DNA of 64,000 nucleotides, from the NCBI GenBank assembly GCA_016187745.1, contig JACPJC010000006.1, positions 26,747-90,746 of the forward strand, written 5' to 3'. Both the position numbers and the translations under genes were made by a program. The stretch comes from Candidatus Iainarchaeum sp. (GTDB taxonomy: Archaea > Iainarchaeota > Iainarchaeia > Iainarchaeales > JAXPJC01). Positions 19,645 to 29,073 of this stretch are shown piece by piece (the stretch's first letter is position 1; each line of letters starts with the position of its first letter). Under the pieces are notes generated by a model. That model saw only the letters and a program-made list of their open reading frames with translations, was not told the DNA's origin and made no database searches.

Positions 19645-19949
19645 TGGAAGAAGTCTGCCAGATATGCGGATTGCCTAAAAACATCTGCGTATGCACGCAA
19701 ATAACAAAGGAAGCGCAGAAAATCAAGGTAAGTGCGGTAAAGCGCGCATTCGGAAAGATAATAACGACAATATCCGGAATTGATGATGTGCAGACCGCAA
19801 AGGAGCTTGAAAAAATAATGAAAAGGAAGCTTGCGTGCGGCGGAACAACGAAGGGAAAGACAATAGAGCTTCAGGGGAATCATAAAAGGAAAATAAAGGA
19901 AATACTGGTGGAACAGGGATACAAGGGGGAATCAATAGATGACAATTAA
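19644..19949 (+). CDS. Translation initiation factor SUI1 (aSUI1/eIF1)
   Basis: SUI1 domain. Conserved L29-SUI1-Rpp29-S17 order. Confidence 0.85.
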   Translation: MEEVCQICGLPKNICVCTQITKEAQKIKVSAVKRAFGKIITTISGIDDVQTAKELEKIMKRKLACGGTTKGKTIELQGNHKRKIKEILVEQGYKGESIDDN

Positions 19950-20241
19950 ATATTTGATAAATGGGTCGAACCTTCCGGCGCACGAGCTCATAGGGCTGGA
20001 TGCGAAAGTGGTAAAAAGCGCGGATGTGAACAAGGTGGGGCTTTCAGGAAGGATTGTGGATGAGACAAGGAACATGTTTGAGATTGAGAAAAGGGGAAAA
20101 ACAATGAGGATTCCGAAGCGCGAGGTTGTTATTGAATTCAGGCTTTCGGGAAAAAGCCTTGGGAAAATTGAATGCAGCAGGATAATCTGCAGGCCCGAGG
20201 ACAGGATAAAGAATTATTTCAAAAAGGGCAGGGGCGCATAA
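19939..20241 (+). CDS. rnp1: RNase P protein subunit Rpp29 (Pop4)
   Basis: Rpp29 family sequence. Conserved position. Confidence 0.8.
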   Translation: MTIKYLINGSNLPAHELIGLDAKVVKSADVNKVGLSGRIVDETRNMFEIEKRGKTMRIPKREVVIEFRLSGKSLGKIECSRIICRPEDRIKNYFKKGRGA

Positions 20242-20243
20242 AA

Positions 20244-20570
20244 ATGGCTGAAGAGCAAAAAAAGGAAGTTATCGGAAACGCAGTTTCTGATTGCAAGGAT
20301 TTGAAATGCCCGGTTCACGGAAGCGTAAAAGTGAGGGGCAATATGTTTGAAGGAATTGCAATAAGGGCAAAGGCGCCGAAAACAGTGATTGTTGAGCGCT
20401 ATCTAATGCAGCATGTGAGGAAATACGAGAGATACAAGAAAGTTAGGTCGAGGATTACGGCGCACAAGCCGGACTGCATTCAGGTTGCTATCGGGGATAA
20501 AGTGAGGATTGGCGAAACGCGCAAGCTCAGCAAGACAAAGAGCTTTGTGGTTATGGAGGTGCTTAAGTAA
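20244..20570 (+). CDS. rps17: Ribosomal protein S17
   Basis: uS17 homology (MAEEQKKEVIGNAVSDCKDLKCPVHGSVKVRG...). The true start is the ATG at 20244 inside the longer listed ORF. Confidence 0.9.
   Translation: MAEEQKKEVIGNAVSDCKDLKCPVHGSVKVRGNMFEGIAIRAKAPKTVIVERYLMQHVRKYERYKKVRSRITAHKPDCIQVAIGDKVRIGETRKLSKTKSFVVMEVLK
20263..20293 (+). repeat. Type-1 30-nt element, copy b, lying inside the rps17 coding sequence (codons 7-16)
   Basis: aggaagttatcggaaacgcagtttctgattg encodes KEVIGNAVSDC. It is identical to the intergenic copies except for one base. Confidence 0.8.
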
Positions 20571-20968
20571 TGCGCGCAATAACAGCAAGAAGGGCGAAGA
20601 GCCTCCAGCACCGCTCAAACTGCTTTTGCACCGACAATTCGGGGGCAAAGGAAGTCAGGTTTGTCAGCGTAATAGGGCTGCACACGCGCAAGAAGATGTC
20701 CCCGAAGGCGGGAATAGCTGACATGATTACTGTTGTAATAACAAAGGGCAAGCCGGAAATGCGCAAGAAAGTTGAGCGCGCGATAATTGTAAGGACAAAG
20801 AAGGAATTCCGCAGGCCTGACGGGATGAGGGTAAAATTCGAGGACAATGCGGTTGTGCTCGTTGATGAGAAGGGATTGCCGAAGGCAAGCGAAATAAAGG
20901 GCGCAATAGCAAAGGAAGTCGGGGAGCGCTGGCCCAAGATTGCAGGAATTGCCGCGGCAGTAGTTTAA
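20570..20968 (+). CDS. rpl14: Ribosomal protein L14
   Basis: uL14 homology. Confidence 0.92.
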   Translation: MRAITARRAKSLQHRSNCFCTDNSGAKEVRFVSVIGLHTRKKMSPKAGIADMITVVITKGKPEMRKKVERAIIVRTKKEFRRPDGMRVKFEDNAVVLVDEKGLPKASEIKGAIAKEVGERWPKIAGIAAAVV

Positions 20969-20987
20969 ATGATTTAAGTGTGATAAA

Positions 20988-21350
20988 ATGGAAAAAACAA
21001 CAAAGCCCGGAAAGCAGAGAAAAAGGGCATATGGCGCGCCACTGCATGAGCTGCAGGGCTTCATGCATGCCGCGCTCAGCAGGCAGCTGAGGAAGGAATT
21101 GGGGAGAAGGAGCCTCGGGCTGAGAAAGGGCGACAAGGTGAAAATTACAAGCGGGGCGCACAAAAAAACAGAGGGAAAAATAATTGCGGTTGACAGGAAG
21201 AAGGGGCGGATTTTCATTGATTCGCTTAAAAGAAAAAAAGTTTCGGGAAAGGAGATTTCAATTCCAATAAGGGCGGGAAATGCTATGCTGATTGAGCTTG
21301 AAAAGGGCGATGAGAGAAGGCTGCACGCGAAAAAAAAGGAGAAGAAGTAA
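20988..21350 (+). CDS. rpl24: Ribosomal protein L24 (KOW)
   Basis: uL24 homology. Confidence 0.88.
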   Translation: MEKTTKPGKQRKRAYGAPLHELQGFMHAALSRQLRKELGRRSLGLRKGDKVKITSGAHKKTEGKIIAVDRKKGRIFIDSLKRKKVSGKEISIPIRAGNAMLIELEKGDERRLHAKKKEKK

Positions 21351-21351
21351 A

Positions 21352-22074
21352 ATGGCGAGAAAGGGCGCAAATAGGAAGCAGAAAAGGCTTTCCGCAAGCA
21401 GGGCGTTGTTTGCGATGAGAAAGACCAGCAAGTGGATAATGTCCACAAAGCCCGGGGCGCATCCGAAAGGGAATTCCGTCCCGCTCGGGTTTGCACTGAG
21501 GGAGCTCCTGAATTATGCCGGAAACGCGAAAGAAATTAAGATGCTGCTGAATTCAGGGAAGGTGCTTGTTGACGGGAAAGTAAGGAAGGGGCGCAACATG
21601 CCGCTGGGGATATTTGATGTTGTGGAGCTTCCGGAAATTGAAAAGCGCTACAGGGTCTTGTTTGATTCGAAGGGAAGGACAATGCTCAAGGAAATTCCTG
21701 CAAAGGGAAAGCTGCAGAAGCTCTGCACTGTTGTGGGAAAGCATGCGACAAAGGGAAACAAGATGCAGATTGCAACAAATGACGGGAGGAGCATTGCTGC
21801 CTCAGGGGCTGATGGGATTTCAGTGCATGATTCGCTGCTTATAGAGCTCCCAAGCCAGAAGATTGCCGCGAAATTCAGGATGGAAAAGAATTCCCTTGTT
21901 TACATAATTTCTGGAAAGCACGTTAATGAGCATGCGAGAATCCTCGATGTTGGGGAATCAACAATGAAGAGGCCGAAGCTTGTAATGCTTGAGAATGAGA
22001 GCGGGGACAAATTCAGCACGCTGGCTGAGAACATATTTGTAATAGGGGCGGAAAAGCCCGCAATTGAAATGTGA
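21352..22074 (+). CDS. rps4e: Ribosomal protein S4e
   Basis: eS4 homology. The true start is the ATG at 21352. Confidence 0.88.
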   Translation: MARKGANRKQKRLSASRALFAMRKTSKWIMSTKPGAHPKGNSVPLGFALRELLNYAGNAKEIKMLLNSGKVLVDGKVRKGRNMPLGIFDVVELPEIEKRYRVLFDSKGRTMLKEIPAKGKLQKLCTVVGKHATKGNKMQIATNDGRSIAASGADGISVHDSLLIELPSQKIAAKFRMEKNSLVYIISGKHVNEHARILDVGESTMKRPKLVMLENESGDKFSTLAENIFVIGAEKPAIEM

Positions 22075-22592
22075 TTGAAATGGCAGAGAACAATATGCGC
22101 AGTATAAGGGTTGCGAAAATAGTCGTCAACATGGGCGTCGGGCAGACAGGGGAGGAACTGAAAAAGGCAATGACAATACTTGAGAAAATAACAAATTCGA
22201 AGCCGGTTCAGACGCTCTGCAAGATAAAGCAGCCAACATGGAACATAAGGGAAGGGCTGCCTATTGGGACAAAGGTTACGCTGCGCGGGGAAAAGGCGAT
22301 TGAGTTTTTGAAAACCGCATTTCTTGCGAAGGAGAAGGCGCTTGAAGCAGGGAATTTCGATGAAAGGGGCAATTTCGGCTTCGGGATTGCGGAGCACATT
22401 GACATGCCGAATGCAAAGTATGACCCGAAACTCGGAATCAGGGGATTTGATGTCCTTGTCGCGCTGGAGAGGGCGGGTTACAGGATAAAGAGGAGAAAGC
22501 GCGGAAAGCACAGGGTAACAAAAAACCACATCATAGCAAAAAACGAGGCGATTGAATTCATAAAAAATAATTTCGGGGTTGAGATTAAATGA
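22071..22592 (+). CDS. rpl5: Ribosomal protein L5
   Basis: uL5 homology. Confidence 0.9.
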   Translation: MIEMAENNMRSIRVAKIVVNMGVGQTGEELKKAMTILEKITNSKPVQTLCKIKQPTWNIREGLPIGTKVTLRGEKAIEFLKTAFLAKEKALEAGNFDERGNFGFGIAEHIDMPNAKYDPKLGIRGFDVLVALERAGYRIKRRKRGKHRVTKNHIIAKNEAIEFIKNNFGVEIK

Positions 22593-22741
22593 CTGAAAGA
22601 ATCAGCATCGGGAAGAAAAACAAGAGGACCTGCAAAATCTGCGGGAATGACAAGGGCCTGATGCAGAAATATGATATTGGGATATGCAGGCGCTGCTTCA
22701 AGGAGCGCGCTGATAAGATGGGTTTCAGGAAATACACTTAA
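22589..22741 (+). CDS. rps14: Ribosomal protein S14 (zinc-binding type)
   Basis: 50-aa ORF below the ORF-track cut-off: MTERISIGKKNKRTCKICGNDKGLMQKYDIGICRRCFKERADKMGFRKYT (C4 zinc ribbon). Confidence 0.85.
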   Translation: MTERISIGKKNKRTCKICGNDKGLMQKYDIGICRRCFKERADKMGFRKYT

Positions 22742-22752
22742 GAGGGGAAAAA

Positions 22753-23142
22753 ATGACTTCGGACCAACTGATGAATGCTCTGATAAGCATAAAGAACCAT
22801 GACGCAAAGGCGAAGAGGGAATGCATTGTAAGGCCCGCGAGCAGGCTGCTCGGGGAAGTCCTGCGCCTTCTGCAGAAAAACTCGTACATAGAGGGCTATG
22901 AGTTTGTTGATGATGGAAGGAGCGGGGTTTACAGGATTTCGCTGCTCGGAAAAATAAACGAGTGCAAGGCTATAAAGCCGAGATATGCGGTAAAAAGGGA
23001 CGGGTTTGAGAAATATGAGAAGCGCTATCTCCCCGCAAGGGACGTTGGATTGATATTTGTTTCAGCGCCTTCAGGGGTAATAACGCACACAGAGGCGAAA
23101 AAGCGCGAAACCGGGGGAAGGCTGCTGGCATATGTTTATTGA
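22753..23142 (+). CDS. rps8: Ribosomal protein S8
   Basis: uS8 homology. Confidence 0.9.
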   Translation: MTSDQLMNALISIKNHDAKAKRECIVRPASRLLGEVLRLLQKNSYIEGYEFVDDGRSGVYRISLLGKINECKAIKPRYAVKRDGFEKYEKRYLPARDVGLIFVSAPSGVITHTEAKKRETGGRLLAYVY

Positions 23143-23160
23143 AGTCATTGAAGTGAAAAC

Positions 23161-23691
23161 ATGAAAAAATTCGAGAAAATAATTGAACTGCCGGGGGATG
23201 TCTCCGCGCAGCTGCAGGGGAAGAGCCTTTCGCTCAAATGCAATAATGCGGAGAACAGCAAAAAATTCAAGGCGGCAGGAATAGGGCTTTCGCTCGATGG
23301 GAACAGGATCATAATTTCCTCGGACAAGGCCGGAAAGAAAACAGATGCGGTTGCAAACACGCTTGAGAAGCATATAAAAAACATGATTCAGGGATTAAAG
23401 GAAGATTATGAATACAGGCTTTCTGTTGTTTATTCGCATTTCCCGATAAGCGTTGCGGTGAAGCAGGGCATTGTGGAAGTGAATAACTTCCTCGGGGAGA
23501 AGAAGCCGCGCAGGGCAAGGATATTGGGGAAAACAAGGGTTGAAATGAAGGGCGCGGAAATAACGGTAAGGGGAAACTCCAAGGAAGATGCCGGGCAGAC
23601 AGCAGCAAACCTCGAGCAGGCAACAAGGGTTTCAGCGCGGGACAGGAGAGTTTTCCAGGATGGGGTATACATAATCAAAAAGCCGGAATGA
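23161..23691 (+). CDS. rpl6: Ribosomal protein L6
   Basis: uL6 homology. Confidence 0.9.
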   Translation: MKKFEKIIELPGDVSAQLQGKSLSLKCNNAENSKKFKAAGIGLSLDGNRIIISSDKAGKKTDAVANTLEKHIKNMIQGLKEDYEYRLSVVYSHFPISVAVKQGIVEVNNFLGEKKPRRARILGKTRVEMKGAEITVRGNSKEDAGQTAANLEQATRVSARDRRVFQDGVYIIKKPE

Positions 23692-23695
23692 AAAC

Positions 23696-24088
23696 ATGAA
23701 AGAAAATGAAGGAAAAAAGAAAAGGAAGGCGCTTAAGAGGCTGATGAAGGGCAAGTGCAGGCTCCTGTTCAAGGGAAGGTTCGGAAAGCGCGATGTGAGA
23801 AGGAAGAAAAACAAGAAATGGCAGCGCTGGAGAAAGCTGCAGGGAACTGACATGATGAAGGAGCAGGAAGACGGGAGAATTCCGGGAACAGGCTACAGGA
23901 CGCGGAAGGAAATAAGGTTCATGCACCCTTCGGGATTTTATGAGAAAATGATTCTGAACCTTGCGGACCTGAAGGGAATAAATGCCGAAAATACTGCTGC
24001 GAGAATCTCCTCGAAAATCGGGAAGAAAAAGCGCATTGCAATAATTAATGAGGCGAAAAAGCTCGGCATAAAGCTGCTGAACGCATAA
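23696..24088 (+). CDS. rpl32e: Ribosomal protein L32e
   Basis: eL32 homology. Confidence 0.88.
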   Translation: MKENEGKKKRKALKRLMKGKCRLLFKGRFGKRDVRRKKNKKWQRWRKLQGTDMMKEQEDGRIPGTGYRTRKEIRFMHPSGFYEKMILNLADLKGINAENTAARISSKIGKKKRIAIINEAKKLGIKLLNA

Positions 24089-24110
24089 GGATGCATAAGG
24101 GGAATTCAAA

Positions 24111-24539
24111 ATGGACATAAGGAAAATAAGGAAAATTGCTTCCGAGCTTCTCGGAAGCGGGGAAACCCGCGTGTGGATTGACCCCGAGAAAACAGCTGAA
24201 ATTTCAAAATGCATTACCAAGGATGACATAAGGGCGAAAATAAAGGAGGGCGCAATAAGGAAAAGGGAGTCCGCATATGCGAGCAGGGGCAGGGCAAGGG
24301 CAAGGCACAAGAAGAAAAAATTGGGGAGAAAGCGCGGCTTCGGAAAGAGGAAGGGCGGAAGGAATGCGCGCTCGGGGCAGAGGAAGTCCTGGATAAGCAA
24401 CGTCAGGGCGCAGAGGAAAAAAATAAGGGAGCTTAGGGAAAAGGGCGCAATAGACCAGAAGAAATACTCAAAGCTCTACAAGATGGTGAAGGGAAATTAC
24501 TTCAAGGGGAAGAAATACATTGAGGCATTCATAAAATAA
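24111..24539 (+). CDS. rpl19e: Ribosomal protein L19e
   Basis: eL19 homology. Confidence 0.88.
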   Translation: MDIRKIRKIASELLGSGETRVWIDPEKTAEISKCITKDDIRAKIKEGAIRKRESAYASRGRARARHKKKKLGRKRGFGKRKGGRNARSGQRKSWISNVRAQRKKIRELREKGAIDQKKYSKLYKMVKGNYFKGKKYIEAFIK

Positions 24540-24550
24540 GGCGGGAAAAA

Positions 24551-25135
24551 ATGACAAAGCAATCTATGTTTGAGGGCAAGTTCAGAAGGCGCAGGGAATG
24601 CAAGACTGATTACAGGAAAAGGCTTGCGATGGTCAAATCGGGGAAACCCAGGCTCATTGCGAGGAAGACCGACCGCTACATAATGGCGCAGGTTGTAAAT
24701 TACGCTCCAAAGGGGGATGTTGTTGCGGCAGGCGCAAATTCAAGGGAGCTTGAGAAATTCGGCTGGCCGTTCGGGAAGAAGAATTTGAGCGCGGCCTATC
24801 TTACAGGAATGCTTGTTGCGCAGAGGGCGAAGGAAAAGGGCATTTCCGAGGCAATATTCGACCTCGGCCTGCAGGCCAATGCCCATGGGGCGAGGATTTT
24901 TGCAGTCCTCAAGGGGGCGCTTGACGCGGGAATGAAAATTCCGCATGATGCTGAAGTGATTCCGAAGGCCGAAAGGATAGGCGGGAAGCACGTAGGGGAT
25001 TATGCGAAAGCACATCCAAACAGCAAGCAGCAGTTTTCGGAGTATGCGAAAAAGAAGATTTCTGCAGAGAATATTCCTGCTGCATTTGAGAATGCCAAAA
25101 AGAGAATTACTGGGAATGGCGGGGAACAAAAATGA
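24551..25135 (+). CDS. rpl18: Ribosomal protein L18
   Basis: uL18 homology. Confidence 0.9.
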   Translation: MTKQSMFEGKFRRRRECKTDYRKRLAMVKSGKPRLIARKTDRYIMAQVVNYAPKGDVVAAGANSRELEKFGWPFGKKNLSAAYLTGMLVAQRAKEKGISEAIFDLGLQANAHGARIFAVLKGALDAGMKIPHDAEVIPKAERIGGKHVGDYAKAHPNSKQQFSEYAKKKISAENIPAAFENAKKRITGNGGEQK

Positions 25136-25848
25136 GTGCGAAAAAGTTATCAGTTGAAGAGCCGGAGCTTTCTGCATCCGAAAGGCTGCTGAGGCAGAAT
25201 GAAGAGGAGCTTCAGAAGAAGCTTGCGGCATGGGCGCCGAAGACCGAGTTGGGAAGGATGGTGCAGCGCTCCGAAATTACCGAAATGGACCAGATTTTCG
25301 AAAACAATTACAAGATACTTGAGCCGGAAATAATTGACTTCATGCTGCCTAACCTTGAGGAAAAGATTGTTGAATCGACAAAAACAACAAGGGTTAGAAG
25401 GGCCGGAAGGCAGTTCTCGTTCAGGACGGCCGTCCTTGTGGGGGACAGGAACGGCCATATCGGCCTTGGAATCGGAACTGACAGGGAGAGGCTTCCTGCG
25501 GTGCAGAAGGCAACGGAGAATGCGAAAATGCATCTGATGAGGATTAACAGGGGCTGCGGAAGCTGGGAGTGCAGGTGCAGCATGCAGCATTCTGTGCCTT
25601 ATAAAATAGAGGGGCGATGCGCTTCCGTAAGGATTGTTCTGATGCCCGCGCCAAAAGGAACCGGGCTTGTTGTGGGGGAAGAAACAAAGGAAGTCCTGGA
25701 AACCGCGGGAATAACAGACGTGTGGAGCAGGACAAAGGGAAGCACGGCAACAAAGCTTAATTTTGTGAAGGCGACAATAAATGCGCTTGCAAACATATCC
25801 AAGGTGCATATTTCTGAAAACATGTCAAGAAAGCTGGAAGTGAAATGA
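25132..25848 (+). CDS. rps5: Ribosomal protein S5
   Basis: uS5 homology. Confidence 0.92.
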   Translation: MSAKKLSVEEPELSASERLLRQNEEELQKKLAAWAPKTELGRMVQRSEITEMDQIFENNYKILEPEIIDFMLPNLEEKIVESTKTTRVRRAGRQFSFRTAVLVGDRNGHIGLGIGTDRERLPAVQKATENAKMHLMRINRGCGSWECRCSMQHSVPYKIEGRCASVRIVLMPAPKGTGLVVGEETKEVLETAGITDVWSRTKGSTATKLNFVKATINALANISKVHISENMSRKLEVK

Positions 25849-26312
25849 AAATGTACGCCGCAATAATGGTAAGGGGATTGATAGGCGCGAAAAAGGACGC
25901 AAAAATGGCGATGAGGCTTATGCGCCTGAACAAGCAGAACCACCTTGTGCTGCTGCCTGAAAATGATAGCAACAAGGGAACGCTCGAGAAGGTCCAGAGC
26001 TATGTTACCTATGGAAAGATTGCGAATGATGTGCTTGCAGGGCTTGTTGAAAAATGGGCAAGGCTCATTGGAAATAAGAAAATTGATGCGGAGTTCCTGA
26101 AGAAAAACAAGTTCGGGAATTTCAATGAGCTTGCAAATGCTCTTATCGATGGGAAAACTTCGCTTGCGGAGCTGCAGATAAAGCCGGTGTTCAGGCTGCA
26201 TGCGCCGAGCAAGGGGTATGAGAGAAAGGGCACAAAAAAGCCTTTTTCACTAGGGGGCGCGCTTGGCCCGAGGGAGAATGAAATAAACAAATTGATTATG
26301 AGGATGATTTAG
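25845..26312 (+). CDS. rpl30: Ribosomal protein L30
   Basis: uL30 homology. Confidence 0.88.
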   Translation: MKMYAAIMVRGLIGAKKDAKMAMRLMRLNKQNHLVLLPENDSNKGTLEKVQSYVTYGKIANDVLAGLVEKWARLIGNKKIDAEFLKKNKFGNFNELANALIDGKTSLAELQIKPVFRLHAPSKGYERKGTKKPFSLGGALGPRENEINKLIMRMI

Positions 26313-26397
26313 AATGAAGGAAGGGAATCAGGATTAACCTAAAACTGAAGGGAAACCTTGGTTTCCCTGCGGTTTGGATGAGGATGATTTAGAATGA
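26298..26397 (+). repeat. 20-bp direct repeat (atgaggatgatttagaatga) flanking a 60-bp insert between rpl30 and rpl15
   Basis: Exact copies at 26298-26317 and 26378-26397. The repeat spans the rpl30 stop codon and the rpl15 start codon. Confidence 0.85.
26318..26377 (+). repeat. Type-2 about 60-nt element, copy A (contains hairpin GGGAAACC-ttgg-TTTCCC)
   Basis: aggaagggaatcaggattaacctaaaactgaagggaaaccttggtttccctgcggtttgg. It has a homolog at 32323-32384. Confidence 0.75.
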
Positions 26398-26843
26398 CTG
26401 TGCGAAAAAGGAAAAGGAAAAACAAGCTGCGCGGTTCGCGCACTTTCGGAACCGGAAATACCAAGCATAAGCGCGGCTCAGGATGCAGGGGCGGAAAGGG
26501 AAGGGCCGGAAGCCACAAGCACAAGTATTCCAAATATTACGATACGTTTGGAGTAACGCTGAGGCTGAAGCCAAGGAAACTCAAGGGGAATGAAATGAAC
26601 CTCTGGCAGGTTGATGAAAACATCGAAGGCTGGCTTTCCGGAAAAATGATTGAGAAGAGCGGCGACGCTTACGTAATTGACTGCAAAAAGCTCGGAATAA
26701 GGAAAATACTTTCAAAGGGGAATCTTGCAAGGAAAGTTATCCTGAGGAATGCGCAGCTAAGCGAAAAGGCAAGGGAAAAAATAATCGCATCAAAGGGAAT
26801 CATTGAGGAAGCAGGGGAGAAAAAGGAGAAGGGTGAAAAATGA
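26394..26843 (+). CDS. rpl15: Ribosomal protein L15
   Basis: uL15 homology. Confidence 0.9.
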   Translation: MTVRKRKRKNKLRGSRTFGTGNTKHKRGSGCRGGKGRAGSHKHKYSKYYDTFGVTLRLKPRKLKGNEMNLWQVDENIEGWLSGKMIEKSGDAYVIDCKKLGIRKILSKGNLARKVILRNAQLSEKAREKIIASKGIIEEAGEKKEKGEK

Positions 26844-28210
26844 GCATCCTTGATGTTTTTGAGCCAATTTACAAGCTGCTTCCTGAGGTGAAGAGCCCGG
26901 AAGTAAAGCCGGCGCTTAAGCGCAGGCTCATGTGGAGTGCGCTGGCGCTCCTGCTGTTTTTCATAATGGGCAATATTACTGTCTATGGGATTGACCTTTC
27001 AAGAAGCCTGGGGGGCAATCTCGCGGCATTTGAGCTCATACTTGCAAGCAAGATTGGAAGCCTTATAACTGTGGGAATAGGCCCGATAGTGCTCGCATCA
27101 ATCATACTGCAGATGCTTGTGGGGGGCAAAATAATAAACATAGACCTTTCAAACCCAAAGGACAGGGCGCGCTTCACGAGCATGCAGAAGCTGTTTGGGA
27201 TCGTGCTTTGCTTCTTCGAGGCATTTGTATATTCCGCATTCGGGTTTTTGGTTCCAGATTCGGGAATGCTTCTGCCTGTAATCCTGCAGATAGCATTCGG
27301 CGCAATAATCCTGATATATCTGGATGAAGTTGTTTCAAAGTATGGAATAGGCTCTGGAATCGGATTGTTTATTGCAGGCGGAGTCGCAGGCTCAATAGGA
27401 TGGCGCATTTTCGCCCCTTACCTTGTCACAAACGTTGGAATAGTTGAGGGCCTGCTGCTGCAGATTGTTGGGGAGGCGGTGAAGGGAAGCCTGCTCAATG
27501 CGTTTGTCCTGTCGGTTCCGATAATATTTGTGATTGTGATTTTTCTCGTGGTTGTTTTTGCGGAGGGAATGCACGTAAATATCCCGATTACCGTAGGGAG
27601 GAGCGGGGCGACATCGCGCTTCCCCGTGAAATTCCTCTATGTGAGCAACCTTCCAGTTATACTTGCAATGGCGCTGTATGCGAACCTGCAGATGTGGGCG
27701 ATAGCGGGCGCAAATATCCCAATACTCGGAACAATGCTCGGCGCAGTAAGCTATGCAACTGCAATCCCGAGGGTCGGGGGAACAGCGCTCTTTGAGGCGA
27801 TTTTCCTGCAGGGGCTTTCGGGAATTGTGATTGCTGAAATCCTGCATGCGGTGCTTTATATTGCGGTCTTTGTTGTCATTTGCGTTGTTTTCGGAAAATT
27901 CTGGGTGGAGATGGCAGGGCAGGGGCCTGCGGCAATTTCAGAGCAATTGCAGAAAGCCGGAATGTCTATTCCTGGATTCAGGAAGGACCCGCGCATCATA
28001 AGGCAGATTTTGGATAGGTACATTCCGCCAATTACAATCCTTGGGAGCGCATTTGTTGCGCTGCTTGCGGGGCTTGCGGATTTGACCGGAGCACTTGGGA
28101 GCGGGACGGGAATACTTCTGACTGTTGGAATTGTTTACAGGCTTTATGAGGAACTTGCAAGGGAGCAGCTCATGGAAATGCACCCGTTGCTTGGGAGACT
28201 TTTCAAATGA
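26840..28210 (+). CDS. secY: Preprotein translocase SecY
   Basis: 10-TM SecY/Sec61alpha homology. Confidence 0.95.
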   Translation: MSILDVFEPIYKLLPEVKSPEVKPALKRRLMWSALALLLFFIMGNITVYGIDLSRSLGGNLAAFELILASKIGSLITVGIGPIVLASIILQMLVGGKIINIDLSNPKDRARFTSMQKLFGIVLCFFEAFVYSAFGFLVPDSGMLLPVILQIAFGAIILIYLDEVVSKYGIGSGIGLFIAGGVAGSIGWRIFAPYLVTNVGIVEGLLLQIVGEAVKGSLLNAFVLSVPIIFVIVIFLVVVFAEGMHVNIPITVGRSGATSRFPVKFLYVSNLPVILAMALYANLQMWAIAGANIPILGTMLGAVSYATAIPRVGGTALFEAIFLQGLSGIVIAEILHAVLYIAVFVVICVVFGKFWVEMAGQGPAAISEQLQKAGMSIPGFRKDPRIIRQILDRYIPPITILGSAFVALLAGLADLTGALGSGTGILLTVGIVYRLYEELAREQLMEMHPLLGRLFK

Positions 28211-28244
28211 CTAAGTGGAAGTTTGAGGAAACGGAGGGTTTCTG

Positions 28245-28739
28245 ATGTGGCAACTGATAAATCCTACAATTGATATTCTGCTGATTTCAATAGGCATAGC
28301 TGCGGTATCGCAGCTGTTCCAGATGAAATTTACAGACAGGAAAAAAATGCGAGCAATGCAGAAGGAAATGAAGGACAAGCAGAAGAGAATGCGCGAGCTT
28401 GCGGGAAAAACCGATGCTAACGCGCTTGCGGAAATCAAGAAACTCGAGCAGGAGATGATGCATGCGCTCAATGAGAGCATGAAGCACAGCATGGGCAGCA
28501 TGATAAAGCTTATGCCGCTTACAGTAATTTTCCTGTTTGTTTACTGGCTGCTTGGCAGCGCCTATGGGAGCAGCGCGGTGCCAACGCTTTTCCCAATAAG
28601 CATAGTCAAGCCCGCAATGGGCTGGATATGGTGGTATGTGATATGCGTATTTATAGCAAGCATTGTAATAAGCGCATTAACGAATGCTGTTGAGAACAGG
28701 ATGGAATCAAAAGCGCAGGGAGTTGCAAAAAATGGTTGA
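28245..28739 (+). CDS. DUF106-family membrane protein (archaeal YidC/Oxa1-like insertase homolog)
   Basis: 3-TM protein with a coiled-coil cytoplasmic loop in the conserved post-secY slot. No adk lies between them. Confidence 0.6.
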   Translation: MWQLINPTIDILLISIGIAAVSQLFQMKFTDRKKMRAMQKEMKDKQKRMRELAGKTDANALAEIKKLEQEMMHALNESMKHSMGSMIKLMPLTVIFLFVYWLLGSAYGSSAVPTLFPISIVKPAMGWIWWYVICVFIASIVISALTNAVENRMESKAQGVAKNG

Positions 28740-29073
28740 ACCTAAGAAAAGGAATATGAAAAGGCGCTATGTGAGGACCTCGGGCGGAGTGGTAAGGCTG
28801 CATTTCGGAAAGCGCAAGTCCTCAAAGCACGAATGCGCGCTTTGCGGAAGGACAATGCACGGGATGCTCCACGGCTCGGGAATAAGCGAGGCGCATGATG
28901 CGGCAAAGACGGAAAAAAGGCCAAGCGCACTGCTCGCAGGCGCATTATGCAACAAATGCAGGGCAGTGGCAACAGAAGAGGCGATAAAAGTAAAGCACGG
29001 AATAAAGCCGATTGATGAGGTTGATCTGGGCTTCAGGAAATACGCTGAAATGATAATGAAGAGGATTGAGTGA
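28732..29073 (+). CDS. rpl34e: Ribosomal protein L34e
   Basis: eL34 homology with a C4 zinc ribbon (CALCG...CNKC). Confidence 0.8.
   Translation: MVEPKKRNMKRRYVRTSGGVVRLHFGKRKSSKHECALCGRTMHGMLHGSGISEAHDAAKTEKRPSALLAGALCNKCRAVATEEAIKVKHGIKPIDEVDLGFRKYAEMIMKRIE

Noticed and set aside
20615-21496. 293-aa minus-strand ORF antisense to rpl14/rpl24/rps4e, and many similar antisense ORFs (e.g. 16574-16999, 23675-24400, 25150-25809, 10895-11380, 29479-30153, 40595-41356)
   Set aside because: These are shadow ORFs on the opposite strand of strongly supported conserved genes, with Ser/Pro/Leu-rich low-complexity translations.
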